From: an uncultured Verrucomicrobiae bacterium
Lineage (GTDB): Bacteria; Verrucomicrobiota; Verrucomicrobiia; Chthoniobacterales; UBA10450
Reading direction: 5' to 3'
Length of the DNA: 64,000 nt
Assembly: GCA_963772365.1 (NCBI GenBank)
Contig: CAVYXA010000001.1
Span: 1,600,001 to 1,664,000, forward strand
Under the pieces are notes generated by a model that made no database searches, was not told the DNA's origin, and saw only the letters and a program-made list of their open reading frames with translations. A program made the translations under genes and the position numbers. Shown here one piece after another: positions 1 to 10,741 of the stretch (the first letter of the stretch is position 1; every line of letters starts with the position of its first letter).

Positions 1-196
1 ATTATCTCCGCTACGTCGAGGCGGGCTTTTGAACAAAGAACGCCGGAGTGTATGTAGGGCAGGAGCCTCAACGCCAACAGGGCCAGAACAAAATGATCGG
101 ATTTCGCACTCTGTCTCCAAACCGTCGGTGTGATACGTTTCGAAGCTTCCACTACCATATCGCCACGTTTCGGTAAGCGGCTATAATCACTTCATT

Positions 197-970
197 ATGT
201 CCCGCCGCGGCCTTCCACCTCCTCCGGCTCGCCTTCGTTTTATGAAAGAAGATGATGCCAGATTCCTGCGCATCGCCACGAAACACGTTGAGTTGCTCGA
301 ACGCTTTGGCTTTAACGCGGGTTCGAGCATTTTAGATATCGGTAGCGGTTATGGCAAGCTCGCCTACGGCATTCTGGACAGATTCGATTTCCATGGGCGT
401 TATGTTGGGCTGGACATCCTTCCCGCACATGTGCGGTGGTGTCAGGAAAACATCAGCAGCCAACTGCCCCAGTTCCGCTTCGAGCGGATCGACGTTTACA
501 ACGATCGGTATAATCCGCAGGGATCCAACATCGCCGCTGGTTTTCGGTTCCAATTACCGGAAGCTTCCTTCGAATTCTGCGTCCTCTTCAGCGTCTTCAC
601 GCACATGTACGGCCCGGATATCCAGAGCTATTTGGCCGAAGTGTCGCGATTATTGCAACCTGATGGAATAGGCATAGCGACCTTTTTCTTGTTTGATGAA
701 GAGCGGCTCCGCAATTTGGAAACGCATTCGGGCGGCCTTACAATGCAGTATGCATTAAACGAATACACCCGTTACCACAATCCTCAGGATAAGCTACACG
801 CGATCGCGTTTGACCGGGATTGGACACGGCGGATGATCCAAACATCCGGTTTCGAAGTTTTGGAAATGAGCGACGGTCATTGGGCGGGTGCCACTTCAGC
901 CAACTACCAGGACTACGTGGTGTTTTGCAAAATCCCGGACAGGCATGTCGGATCACGAGAAGAGAGATGA
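197..970 (+). CDS. Class I SAM-dependent methyltransferase
   Basis: Motif I ILDIGSGYG, acidic GLD, FSVFTH and RLLQPDG motifs. Confidence 0.85.
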   Translation: MSRRGLPPPPARLRFMKEDDARFLRIATKHVELLERFGFNAGSSILDIGSGYGKLAYGILDRFDFHGRYVGLDILPAHVRWCQENISSQLPQFRFERIDVYNDRYNPQGSNIAAGFRFQLPEASFEFCVLFSVFTHMYGPDIQSYLAEVSRLLQPDGIGIATFFLFDEERLRNLETHSGGLTMQYALNEYTRYHNPQDKLHAIAFDRDWTRRMIQTSGFEVLEMSDGHWAGATSANYQDYVVFCKIPDRHVGSREER

Positions 971-3072
971 TGCACCTGCCAATTGCCAAGGAGCCTCTTT
1001 TGACGGTGCAAGAGCAAAGGGAACGTCGCTACAAAATTCTCTTTCTTCTCTTTCTTGTGCTGCTGACGCTCACCCGGTTGTGGCTAACTCGGAACGAGGA
1101 TATCGTCGGTATCTCGTCGCCTTACGGCGACTACCTTTACGCAGATCTGGGCGAACACGCGTTTTGGGGGCGTGCGCCTGATGACTTCTCGATGCTACGG
1201 CTTCCGGTTTACCCGCTCTGGATCTGGCTCTGTCATGAGATCGGGCTTCCACTTTACCTCGGGACAACCTTGCTGGCGATATGCGCCTGGCTTTTTTTCA
1301 TCTACGCCCTCCGGAGGATCCGCATTCCGCGTTCAGCTTGTACCGCAGTGTTCGCTGCGCAGCTATTCGAGATCAATGCAATTTGCACCTTTCGGCGAGT
1401 GACGGCGGATGTCGTTTACGGAATTCTCTTTGTTGCAACGGCCAGCGCGATCCTGTTAGTGCTGGCGTCCAAAACTCGTCGCCAATGCTGGATTCGATCG
1501 GCAGGGCTTGGCGTCCTGCTGGCCCTCTTTGCAGCGACACGCGCAGAATCCATTCTGTGCTGGCTTCTTTTTTTTCTTTTTATCTCCGCGTTTGTCTTGC
1601 ACCACCTGGTGAGCCGCAGCGGAACGCTGCCTTCGTTGCGCGTCCTCTCCTCGGCCGCTTTGTTGCCTGCGATCGCCCTAACAGCGACGCCGCTTGCAGT
1701 CGCTATGGCGAACAAGAGTGCCTTTGGTGTTTTCACTTTTTGCAGTCTTACTTCCACCTCATTTACAAACGCGATGAACCAGTTGCTCAAAATCAGGCCC
1801 GACAACGACATGGCTTACGTGCCGGTAACGCGAGATGCACGCATGAAGGCTTACGCCATCAGCCCCGCTTTCGCAAAACTCGAACCTCTTCTTGAAGGAC
1901 GATTAGCAGCGCGGTGGGGTCAATTTGCCATGAAGCGCTATAAAACTCCCTCACAAGAGATTGGTGGCGGCTGGTTCTTCTTCGCCTTTCGAGATGCCGT
2001 TGCCGAATTGAATGCGGGTTCACCAATCAAGATAGAAGCATATTACCGGAAAATTGCTCGTGAGTTACGCGGTGCGTTTACGGAGGGCAAGCTGCCGCAG
2101 CGGCATCTGTGGCTTAGTTTGATGCAACCAGACAGGACCATCCTGACGCGAATCCCCGCTGCCTTGCGGAAAATCCTAAAACAGACATTCAGTCCGCCTC
2201 CGCCAGACAATATTTCTTCGTTCATGGCGAATCTGAAGACGGACCTCGCCGCCGAACAGGAATTCAACCGGGTAACGAACCGGCGATCCCTGGCTCCCAT
2301 TGCTGATACAATCACAGTCTCCGGTTGGGCGTTTTCCAGCGCCCAACCGCTCGTCTCCGTGCTCGCCTGGGAAAAAAGCGGCAGATCTCTGCCCGTCTCT
2401 TTTAAGAATTCTCGTCAGCCAGCTGTTTACAAAGTGAACAAGACCGAATTTCCGTCACTTCGACCCGAGATACCTTTTTCCTTTTCTGCGGTCATCTCTC
2501 AGCCAGGAAAAGCAAATCTCAAGACAATAAAGTTTATTTTCGGCGACAACACGATGTTTTCCATTCCGGCGAGCAAACTAAAGCCAGGCCGTTTCGAGAC
2601 TTCGAACGCTGGTCAACGTTCGGGATGGCTGCGGGTTGTCGCGATTAGCCATATCGCTGGCGGTGCAAACGACTATCAATTCGCTGCCCGTCAACTTGCG
2701 GCCGTTACGCGCATCTACGCGTTTCTCTTCAAAGCACTTTTGGCCATTACGATTCCGGCTGTGGCCGTGTTGTGGGTGATGCGCCGATCACCGCGACAGA
2801 ATATCGCTCTCTACTGCTGGCTTATTCCGGTTTTCGGATTCATCGCAGCCCGCGTGGCACTGCTCGCGCTAATCGATGCCTCCTCCTTTAACGGCGCAGA
2901 AAGTCGCTATCTTGTTCCTGTCGCTGGGCCATTCGCTGGTGGATTGATTCTTTTGGTCGCGCAAGCAGTCACCGTTGCACACTCGCGATTTAGCCGCAGC
3001 TTAACCAAGAATAACTTCTTCGATGATCACCCCACAGATCGAATTTTTCAAAACCGAAAAGACGCTCGTTAG
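967..3072 (+). CDS. Multi-pass membrane protein, GT-C-fold glycosyltransferase-like, with large periplasmic domain
   Basis: ATG at 967 overlaps the upstream stop (ATGA); about 10 or more hydrophobic segments; YGD-x-Y and R-x-P-x-YP in the first loop, TRAE motif, C-terminal ESRYLVP. Confidence 0.6.
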   Translation: MMHLPIAKEPLLTVQEQRERRYKILFLLFLVLLTLTRLWLTRNEDIVGISSPYGDYLYADLGEHAFWGRAPDDFSMLRLPVYPLWIWLCHEIGLPLYLGTTLLAICAWLFFIYALRRIRIPRSACTAVFAAQLFEINAICTFRRVTADVVYGILFVATASAILLVLASKTRRQCWIRSAGLGVLLALFAATRAESILCWLLFFLFISAFVLHHLVSRSGTLPSLRVLSSAALLPAIALTATPLAVAMANKSAFGVFTFCSLTSTSFTNAMNQLLKIRPDNDMAYVPVTRDARMKAYAISPAFAKLEPLLEGRLAARWGQFAMKRYKTPSQEIGGGWFFFAFRDAVAELNAGSPIKIEAYYRKIARELRGAFTEGKLPQRHLWLSLMQPDRTILTRIPAALRKILKQTFSPPPPDNISSFMANLKTDLAAEQEFNRVTNRRSLAPIADTITVSGWAFSSAQPLVSVLAWEKSGRSLPVSFKNSRQPAVYKVNKTEFPSLRPEIPFSFSAVISQPGKANLKTIKFIFGDNTMFSIPASKLKPGRFETSNAGQRSGWLRVVAISHIAGGANDYQFAARQLAAVTRIYAFLFKALLAITIPAVAVLWVMRRSPRQNIALYCWLIPVFGFIAARVALLALIDASSFNGAESRYLVPVAGPFAGGLILLVAQAVTVAHSRFSRSLTKNNFFDDHPTDRIFQNRKDAR

Positions 3073-3079
3073 AAGATCG

Positions 3080-4264
3080 ATGTCGGAAGCTGAGCACGGC
3101 GACTCTCCAGTGTATGAAGTGGCCATAGTCATTCCGTGTCTCAATGAAGCGGAAACAGTAGCCACATGTGTGCGCAAAGCGATCCGCTGGATGGAAAAAG
3201 AGTGCATTCTAGGCGAAGTGATTGTGGCCGACAATGGGAGCGAGGATGATTCGCAAACATTGGCGGCTGAAGCGGGAGCACGTGTTATTGCCGTTCCGGA
3301 AGCGGGCTATGGAAACGCATTGATGGGTGGGATCGCCGCAGCCCGTAGCAAGTATATCATCATGGGCGATGCCGATGATAGCTATGATTTTGCCAATCTC
3401 ACTCCGTTCATGGAGAAGCTCAGAGAAGGTTACGATCTCGTGCAGGGATGCCGGCTTCCAGCCGGTGGAGGCATAGTGAGACCTGGCGCGATGCCGCCGT
3501 CTCATCGCTGGATCGGAAATCCTACTTTTTCGTTCCTGGCCCGCTGCTGGTTCGGCACGCCCGTTCACGATGTGTATTGTGGTCTTCGCGGGTTTACTAA
3601 GATCCTCTACGAGCAGCTCGACCAGCGGTGCACCGGGATGGAATTTGCGACTGAAATGATCATCAAAGCGAGCCTCAACGCGGCTAAAATCGCTGAGGTG
3701 CCTATCACGCTGCATCCCGATGGCCGAATGACCCGTTCACCGCATCTAAAAACGGTCCGGGATGGTTGGCGGACCTTGCGTTTTTTCTTAATGTGCAGCC
3801 CGCGCTGGCTATTTCTATTACCGGGCGTGCTACTGACCCTGCTCGGTGCAATCGGCTATGCCATCGCGCTCCCGGGGATAACTGTATACGGCGTAACCTT
3901 TGATGCGCATACTCTTCTGTTTGCCAGTCTTGCGATGCTCTGCGGCTTTCAAGCCGTCGTGTTCGCGGTGCTCACGAAGATTTTTGCGATTACCGAAGGT
4001 CTCCTGCCGCCGGATCCACGACTGGAACGGATCTTCGAGTTCATAACACTTGAGCGCGGGCTGGCCGCCGCAGCGATCGCCTTGATAGCCGGCTGTGGTT
4101 TGTTACTTGGTGCAGTTTTAATTTGGCGGGAAGCTGGATGGGGCCGTCTGGATTACGGCCAGGTCATGAGACTTGTGATTCCTGGCGCTACGCTCACGGC
4201 CTTGGGATTCCAGGCGGGGCTTTCCAGTTTCTTCATGAGTATTCTCGGAATGAAGCGAAGATGA
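3080..4264 (+). CDS. Glycosyltransferase family 2 (polyprenol-phosphate glycosyltransferase/DPM1-like) with C-terminal TM helices
   Basis: IVIPCLNE, VADNGSED, GYGNAL, MGDADDSY (DxD), GMEFATEM. Confidence 0.9.
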   Translation: MSEAEHGDSPVYEVAIVIPCLNEAETVATCVRKAIRWMEKECILGEVIVADNGSEDDSQTLAAEAGARVIAVPEAGYGNALMGGIAAARSKYIIMGDADDSYDFANLTPFMEKLREGYDLVQGCRLPAGGGIVRPGAMPPSHRWIGNPTFSFLARCWFGTPVHDVYCGLRGFTKILYEQLDQRCTGMEFATEMIIKASLNAAKIAEVPITLHPDGRMTRSPHLKTVRDGWRTLRFFLMCSPRWLFLLPGVLLTLLGAIGYAIALPGITVYGVTFDAHTLLFASLAMLCGFQAVVFAVLTKIFAITEGLLPPDPRLERIFEFITLERGLAAAAIALIAGCGLLLGAVLIWREAGWGRLDYGQVMRLVIPGATLTALGFQAGLSSFFMSILGMKRR

Positions 4265-4887
4265 ACGTGTGGGAAACAATTCACGACCGGCATGTTCATA
4301 GTCGAAGGGTCCGAGTTCTCACGCGGGAACTCTCTTCCCTTCTCCCTGACCGTGGTTGCATTCTGGACATCGGCTGCGGCGATGGCTTGCTGGGATCGCT
4401 TGTTCAGATGGCTAAGCCCGACACTTCCGTCACCGGCATTGACGTTTTGGTTCGACGCGAGGCAACTATTCCGGTCCAAAGATTTGATGGCCGCAAATTG
4501 CCCTTCGCGGATCGAGCCTGTGATGCAGTGATGCTGATCGATGTGCTGCATCACACAGATGAACCGATCCCGCTGCTTAGAGAGGCGTCGCGCGTGGCGC
4601 GAGAATTGATCGTGATCAAAGATCATCTTCTGGAGGGCATCGGCGCTGGCGCAACGCTGCGGTTTATGGACCGCGTAGGTAACCGGCGTCACAACGTGGC
4701 CTTGCCACATAACTACTGGGCAAAAGAGAAATGGCTGGAAGTATTCGGGATTCTTGGCGTGGAGATTTTGGTGTGGAAATCGAAGCTTGCATTGTATCCG
4801 CCGCCAGCCAATTGGCTTTTCGGACGGTCGCTTCACTTTGTTGCTCAGCTCGCAGTGCCAAAGTCTCACCATGACGCGCCCGCCTGA
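4261..4887 (+). CDS. Class I SAM-dependent methyltransferase
   Basis: ILDIGCGDG, DVLHH, LREASRV; ATGA overlap with the upstream gene. Confidence 0.85.
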   Translation: MNVWETIHDRHVHSRRVRVLTRELSSLLPDRGCILDIGCGDGLLGSLVQMAKPDTSVTGIDVLVRREATIPVQRFDGRKLPFADRACDAVMLIDVLHHTDEPIPLLREASRVARELIVIKDHLLEGIGAGATLRFMDRVGNRRHNVALPHNYWAKEKWLEVFGILGVEILVWKSKLALYPPPANWLFGRSLHFVAQLAVPKSHHDAPA

Positions 4888-5564
4888 CCTTGTGCATATC
4901 GATGAAACCCATCGCTGCTGCTCAACGCCATGGGAGAAAGCCTATGGTCGGTTCGAAACCCCGGAGCAAGAAATAACGAAATTCGTTAAACGACTGAACG
5001 CGGTGGGCGCAGCCAAGTGGGATAGAAATCTACGCATTGTCGAACTGTTCTGCGGTCGCGGAAACGGTCTGCACGCGCTTTCGCGTTTAGGCTTTGCCAA
5101 TATTGAAGGCGTTGACTTATCGGAGTCGCTGCTCGCGCAATACCAAGGTCCAGCCAAATGCTATGTCTGCGATTGTCGTCAATTGCCTTTTGACAATGCC
5201 AGTCGAGACGTGCTGATCGTGCAGGGAGGACTTCATCATCTGGAACGATTTCCCGAAGACCTCGATATCGGTACTGGCGGAAATGCGGCGGGTACTTCGT
5301 CCAGGCGGATTCGTTGTAATTATTGAGCCATGGTTGACATTTTTCCTTAGATTGGTGCACATACTCTGTGCGTCGCACTTCGCGCGAGCTCGTTGGGCTA
5401 AATTGGAGGCTTTGGCCGCGATGATCGATAACGAGCGGATGACGTATGACCAGTGGCTCAATAATCCTGCGAAGATTCGGCAGTTGCTTCAGGACAGCTT
5501 CGAGCGCACCAAGATCACCATCGGCTGGGGCAAGATTATCTGTCTTGGGTTTATGTCCGCTTAA
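4871..5564 (+). pseudogene. Class I SAM-dependent methyltransferase, split by a single-base frameshift at about 5270 (probably a sequencing error)
   Basis: ELFCGRG...GGLHHL in one frame continues as VLAEMRRVLRPGG if one G at 5270/5271 is removed. Confidence 0.75.
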
Positions 5565-5647
5565 GTGGAAAGCCTCAACGGAATTCGTTCTCCAAGGAAT
5601 ACGCCGCCTTTTAATTTTCTCGGCTAAACGGAACGCGCTCCGCACCG

Positions 5648-7876
5648 ATGTCGTACAAATCTATATCGATTCTATTGTTGGCGGTCTTTGTTCTGCATTT
5701 TTCTCGCATTCTATTTCATGGGGAAATAATCTTTCCGCACGATAACAGTCTGGAAGTCGGTCTGTCCGAAACACGGGAACTTGACCGGATTTCCAATCGC
5801 AAGTTCTCCGATGAAAGCAGCGTGTTCATTCCGGAGTTGGCAAATAACCTTCGCTATGACTGCAAAGCCTGGCTGGCGACGTGGAACCCCCACGTGGAAC
5901 TCGGTCGTCCCGCGTTTCAAGGCGCATTGAGCCGGGCATTTCTGCTTACAAACCTGCTTTCGTGGTTCACGTCTAATCCATTTATCCTGTACACTATCCT
6001 GATCCTGCTCACCGTCGGGTTAACCGCTACATTCTTCCTGCTCTTTCTGCGATCTCTCGGGTTGCACCCGGTGGCCTGCGCTTGCGCGGCAATCGGCCTG
6101 GCTTTTACGACCGCGACTTCGTATTGGCTTTGCTTTGTAATGTTCGTGTCGGCCACCTGCTGGCTGGTCTGTTTGTTGTGGCTGATTACCGAATTCACCA
6201 AGAAACCGTCGTGGACTGTGGCCGTTGGTCTGGCTTTTGCGATCTACTGTTTGCTTATCGCTGGTTATCCGCAGGTCACGATTTTGTTCGCCTACATCGC
6301 AGGGCCATATGCTCTGATCAGACTCGTGCAAATGCCGGGAAGGCGTAGAGAAAAATTGTGGACAATGCTCGCTATGTTCGGTTGCGCTGTCGCGGGGGTA
6401 CTGGCGTCCCTCCCGGTCTTTCTCGATTTGCTGTTTACCGCCCAGGACTCCGCCAGGCTCGGTGATGTTAGCGACAGCTTTTTCCTCGGAGTTCTGCCAC
6501 AATGTCGCAGCCCGCGAGACGTGGCCAGTTTTTTGATGACACTTTTCGACGGATCCTGGCTCGGCAACGCCATTGATCCCAAGTACCCGTTGCATTTCAA
6601 TGGCCTGAGCTTCACGCCGATCTATGGGAGTTTGATCTGGCTTTCGTTCCTCTTGAAGAACAAACGCGCGGTATTGTTTTGGCAACTAGTTCTTATCGTC
6701 TGTCTCGCCGGGACAATTTTCCCGGCGGTCTATTTATTTGCGGTCCATCATCTCGGTTTTGGATTGTCTCGCATCCAACTGCTTGGCGGCGGGATTATTC
6801 CCGGCTTCGTTCTGAGCGCCTTCGCGTTGGACGCAATTCTCCATGGCGACTTGCAGCTGACCATGCGCTCTGGGGCCTGGCTACTGGCGCCGCTCGTAGT
6901 GGAATCAGTGGTCGCGTTGTCGATCTGGCAGCGGTTCCCGATCGACGCGCTTGCAGTCGTAGCCAGCTTCCTGCTCGTCGCCGCGTTGCTCGTCTCCATC
7001 TATTGGCGCAGTGTTCCTGGCTTCATCGCAATTGCTGTCGTGTCCGCATTCTTTTATGGGCGAGCGTTGATCCTGAGTCGTCCGCTTCGCTCAATTCACA
7101 CCTCATCGAAGCTGATCGATGCCATTAAAGCTCATACGCCGGATGGAAGCCGTTTCGCGATTGCCGACAGCCCGATCACTGCCCTGCCCCCGAATCAGGA
7201 GGCCCTGTTCGATCTGAACAGCGTGAATTCCTACGACTCGCTTTCGTCGCGCAGATATCAGGCTGTAGTCAACAGGTGGAGCGTCAGCGGCGCTCGTACG
7301 TATGGAAGACACTTTAGATTCCTGGACATCGAATCAGCGTTCGCTGATCCCGCATTCTCGTTTTCCAATGTCGAAGTTGTTTTGTCAAAGCGCTCGCTAA
7401 GGACGGATCGGTTAAAGTTGGCTACCGAGGTGAACGGAATCAAACTCTACGAAACAACCGCCGCACCCATCGAGCTACTGCAAACTCCGGATTTCAACTT
7501 CTCGAATGGACAAGAAGCCGCAGTCGATACATCTGCGGGCCGAGCAAATTTGCCATTACACCGAGCGGAAATGTTAAATGATTTTCAGAGGATCGAAGTG
7601 ACTGCATCGTCGGACGAAACGCTGTTGTTCCTGAGCCAGCAATATCATCGCAGATGGTTGGCCCGTTCTCAAAACAGAGCACTCCGCACCGTAATCGCGA
7701 ACGGATTTTATCAAGGAGTTGTGCTGCCTCCGAACACGAGCGAGGTGGAGCTCTGGTTTCGGCCGTTCGTTTTATGGGGCTGGCTCCCGCAAGTGCTTTT
7801 CATCGCTTGCGCAGTGCTGCTGATTCTGCGCCAACTCATGCGCATTGAGCGTGGTAAAATGAGGCAGCTTGGTTAA
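5648..7876 (+). CDS. YfhO-like multi-pass membrane glycosyltransferase (GT-C)
   Basis: WNPHVELGRP near the N-terminus, AGYPQ, many TMs, C-terminal SQQYHRRW...ANGFYQGV..P..SEVEL.F.P typical of YfhO. Confidence 0.75.
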   Translation: MSYKSISILLLAVFVLHFSRILFHGEIIFPHDNSLEVGLSETRELDRISNRKFSDESSVFIPELANNLRYDCKAWLATWNPHVELGRPAFQGALSRAFLLTNLLSWFTSNPFILYTILILLTVGLTATFFLLFLRSLGLHPVACACAAIGLAFTTATSYWLCFVMFVSATCWLVCLLWLITEFTKKPSWTVAVGLAFAIYCLLIAGYPQVTILFAYIAGPYALIRLVQMPGRRREKLWTMLAMFGCAVAGVLASLPVFLDLLFTAQDSARLGDVSDSFFLGVLPQCRSPRDVASFLMTLFDGSWLGNAIDPKYPLHFNGLSFTPIYGSLIWLSFLLKNKRAVLFWQLVLIVCLAGTIFPAVYLFAVHHLGFGLSRIQLLGGGIIPGFVLSAFALDAILHGDLQLTMRSGAWLLAPLVVESVVALSIWQRFPIDALAVVASFLLVAALLVSIYWRSVPGFIAIAVVSAFFYGRALILSRPLRSIHTSSKLIDAIKAHTPDGSRFAIADSPITALPPNQEALFDLNSVNSYDSLSSRRYQAVVNRWSVSGARTYGRHFRFLDIESAFADPAFSFSNVEVVLSKRSLRTDRLKLATEVNGIKLYETTAAPIELLQTPDFNFSNGQEAAVDTSAGRANLPLHRAEMLNDFQRIEVTASSDETLLFLSQQYHRRWLARSQNRALRTVIANGFYQGVVLPPNTSEVELWFRPFVLWGWLPQVLFIACAVLLILRQLMRIERGKMRQLG

Positions 7877-7885
7877 CTTTCTGCC

Positions 7886-8866
7886 GTGTCATCTGATAAT
7901 CTTGTTGCATTATCACCCACTGCGCGCCCGCTCTCTGTCGTTATCGCTACCTACAATGGTGAGAGTTCGTTGCCTGAACTCGTGCGAAGATTGAGCGATG
8001 TTTTGCCGAAGATCGCTGTTTCCTATGAAATCATCTTAGTCAACGATGGCAGCGTGGATCGCAGCTGGGACGTAATTAACGAGTTTGTCCGTACCTGTGC
8101 TGCGGTTCGTGGAATTAATCTGATGCGTAATTACGGTCAGCATAACGCGCTCCTCTGCGGTATCCGTGCGGCTCGCAGAGACTTGATCGTTACAATGGAC
8201 GACGACTTGCAACATCAGCCGGAGGAGATTCCGCGACTGCTCGCTCGGCTCAACGAAGGGTTTGATGTCGTTTACGCAACCCCCGAACGCGAGCAGCATG
8301 GTTTTTGGCGCGCGCTCGCTTCCCGCATCACCCGGTTGGCCCTTCGCTCTGCCGGGGGCATTGAAGTCGCGAGGAATGTAAGTGCGTTCCGTGCTTTTCG
8401 AACCGAACTGCGTAATGCGTTTGCCGGCTACCAGGCGCCGTTCGTTTCCATCGATGTGTTGCTGACGTGGGCGACGAGTCGCTTTACCGCTGTCAGAGTT
8501 CCTTTTAAACCGCGACACTCTGGTTCATCGAACTACACGTTTACAAAGCTCGTGCGGCATGCGTTCGATATGATGACGGGCTTTAGCACCGCGCCCTTGC
8601 AGCTGGCCAGCCTGATTGGGTTTGGCTGCACATTGTTTGGGATCGGCGTTTTCCTTTATGTATTCGTCCGTTATTGCCTGGAAGGAAGCATACCCGGATT
8701 TCCGTTTCTCGCCTCTATCATTGCCATCTTTTCTGGCGCACAACTTTTTGCGCTTGGCGTGATTGGCGAGTACCTCGCCCGCATGCATTTTCGGACGATG
8801 AATCGGCCGGCTTACGCCATTCGCAGCACGTCTGAAGGCGAAAAGTCAAAGGCGCAAAGCCCGTAA
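7886..8866 (+). CDS. GT2 undecaprenyl-phosphate glycosyltransferase (ArnC/GtrB-like)
   Basis: VNDGSVD, RNYGQHNA, MDDDLQH, two C-terminal TMs, GVIGEYLAR. Confidence 0.9.
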   Translation: MSSDNLVALSPTARPLSVVIATYNGESSLPELVRRLSDVLPKIAVSYEIILVNDGSVDRSWDVINEFVRTCAAVRGINLMRNYGQHNALLCGIRAARRDLIVTMDDDLQHQPEEIPRLLARLNEGFDVVYATPEREQHGFWRALASRITRLALRSAGGIEVARNVSAFRAFRTELRNAFAGYQAPFVSIDVLLTWATSRFTAVRVPFKPRHSGSSNYTFTKLVRHAFDMMTGFSTAPLQLASLIGFGCTLFGIGVFLYVFVRYCLEGSIPGFPFLASIIAIFSGAQLFALGVIGEYLARMHFRTMNRPAYAIRSTSEGEKSKAQSP

Positions 8867-9855
8867 TGATTGCACGACTGGATTTGGGGGCGATCGATGA
8901 ACTGCGTGATGCGTTGCCACGGTTTGCTCACGTTCCGCTGCCTCATTTGCATCACTTGCAGTTCGATCAACGCCGCGCCTACTGGCTCGACGAAATCACG
9001 CAAAGTTTGGCCAAGGAATCATCGATTGCGTTTAGGTCAGTCGACTCGGGGCGCATCAACGGATTCGTCGTCTATAATGATTCGCCTTGGGACAGCGATA
9101 TAACCGGGCGGCGCATCGGAACAGTGCAGCATCTGGCCGTCGCGGCTGGCGGTGGTCCAGGTGCCGAAATCCTCCACGGGTTAATCGACGAGCTCACCCG
9201 CAGTCTCGCCGATCGGGGAACACAATGCATGACCTGCAAGGTCGAGTGCAACGAGATGGCCGTAGTTCATGCTTTGGAACGACACGGCTTTCTGCTTATG
9301 GACACTTTGCAGGATTTCGTCTTCGATTTTTCCCAAACGCCGATCGACAAAATTGATCGCGGGAAGCGAGATGGACTATTGATTCGCCGGGCGAAACCAA
9401 CAGACCTACCAGCGCTCTTGACGATAAATGAAAAAGCATTCGCTGACTACTTTGGGCGGTACCACGCAGATCCACAAATGCCGCCCGGCACGGCCACGAA
9501 AATTTACACTGAATGGGTGCGCTCCGCGTTTCAGGGCTGGGCGGATTGGATTCTCGTCGCAGAGATCGGTGGCAAAATCGCCGGCTATGGGCTGTGGAGA
9601 AAGGCCTTGAAAACTGAGGCGAAGAATTCGCTCAGAATTGCCCATTATGATTTAGGTGCAACCGATCCCGAATTTCGCGGCCGTGGTCTGAGAACGGCTC
9701 TGACGCTCGAAGGCATGGCTATTGCACGGGACCTCGCGCAATATCTCATCGGGCCGGTGCATATCCGGAATTACCCGGCTCAGCACACTCTGCACAAACT
9801 CGGTTGGAGAATTTCCGGTGCCAGACATTCCTTTCACAAATGGCTTTGGGCGTGA
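8866..9855 (+). CDS. GNAT acetyltransferase, WecD/RffC-like (dTDP-4-amino-sugar N-acetyltransferase), extended
   Basis: PWDS motif, GRYHADP, Y.EW, acetyl-CoA motif FRGRGL, N.PA...HKLGW; adjacent to wecE. Confidence 0.65.
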   Translation: MIARLDLGAIDELRDALPRFAHVPLPHLHHLQFDQRRAYWLDEITQSLAKESSIAFRSVDSGRINGFVVYNDSPWDSDITGRRIGTVQHLAVAAGGGPGAEILHGLIDELTRSLADRGTQCMTCKVECNEMAVVHALERHGFLLMDTLQDFVFDFSQTPIDKIDRGKRDGLLIRRAKPTDLPALLTINEKAFADYFGRYHADPQMPPGTATKIYTEWVRSAFQGWADWILVAEIGGKIAGYGLWRKALKTEAKNSLRIAHYDLGATDPEFRGRGLRTALTLEGMAIARDLAQYLIGPVHIRNYPAQHTLHKLGWRISGARHSFHKWLWA

Positions 9856-9862
9856 ACCAGGA

Positions 9863-10741
9863 ATGAAACGGTGTCTCGCGTGCGAAAGCCGCTTCGAGAG
9901 AAATGGTTGGAAATGCCCCCACTGCGGCTATCGTCCAACCCTGCGCGGCGAAATATTTCGCTTCGTCGATGACCCATCCGATGGCACCATCGGATTCAAA
10001 CCGGAGTATTTCGCGCACCTCGCGAAAATCGAGGAAGGGAATTTCTGGTTTCGTGCGCGTAACCAGATCATCCAATGGGCGCTAGCCAACTATTTTCCGA
10101 ATGCCAAAAGTTTTTTCGAGATCGGTTGCGGGACTGGATTTGTGCTTACCGGGATTCGCAAAAATTTTCCGCAAATGCGCCTCGGCGGGAGCGAGATTTT
10201 CGCGGACGGCCTCGCTTTTGCGCAAGCGCGCCTGCCGCAGGTAGAGTTGTACCAGATGGACGCGCGCTGCACTCCGTTTGACTGCGAGTTCGACGTGGTG
10301 GGAACGTTCGATGTGCTGGAGCACCTCGCCGAGGACGAGATTGCACTGACACAAATGTTTCAAGCAATCCGCCCAGGCGGCGGATTGCTTGTTACCGTGC
10401 CACAACATCGTTGGCTCTGGAGCGCAAGCGACCAATACGCAATGCACAAACGCCGCTACGGTCGCGCCCAATTGCATAGAAAAGTCGAGGGCGTTGGATT
10501 TCAGGTAGAGCGAATCATTTCTTTCGTTTCCCTCTTGCTGCCGCTTATGATTTGGTCGCGTCTACGACGAAAACGCTATCAGGATTTCCAACCGTGGCGC
10601 GAATTTGAAATCAGCCCTGCGCTTAACAAAATACTGGAGAGCATCTTAAAACTCGAACAAAAGATGATAAGAAACGGCGTTTCGTTTCCAGTGGGCGGAT
10701 CGCTTTTGTTGATCGGGAGAAAACCTTTAACGGCATCGTGA
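9863..10741 (+). CDS. Class I SAM-dependent methyltransferase with N-terminal CxxC...CxxC
   Basis: FWFRAR, EIGCGTG, FDVLEHL, PGGGLLVTVP..W. Confidence 0.85.
   Translation: MKRCLACESRFERNGWKCPHCGYRPTLRGEIFRFVDDPSDGTIGFKPEYFAHLAKIEEGNFWFRARNQIIQWALANYFPNAKSFFEIGCGTGFVLTGIRKNFPQMRLGGSEIFADGLAFAQARLPQVELYQMDARCTPFDCEFDVVGTFDVLEHLAEDEIALTQMFQAIRPGGGLLVTVPQHRWLWSASDQYAMHKRRYGRAQLHRKVEGVGFQVERIISFVSLLLPLMIWSRLRRKRYQDFQPWREFEISPALNKILESILKLEQKMIRNGVSFPVGGSLLLIGRKPLTAS

Noticed and set aside
5255..5290. Programmed frameshift in the methyltransferase
   Set aside because: No slippery run or stimulatory structure; a single extra G is best explained as a sequencing error or mutation.
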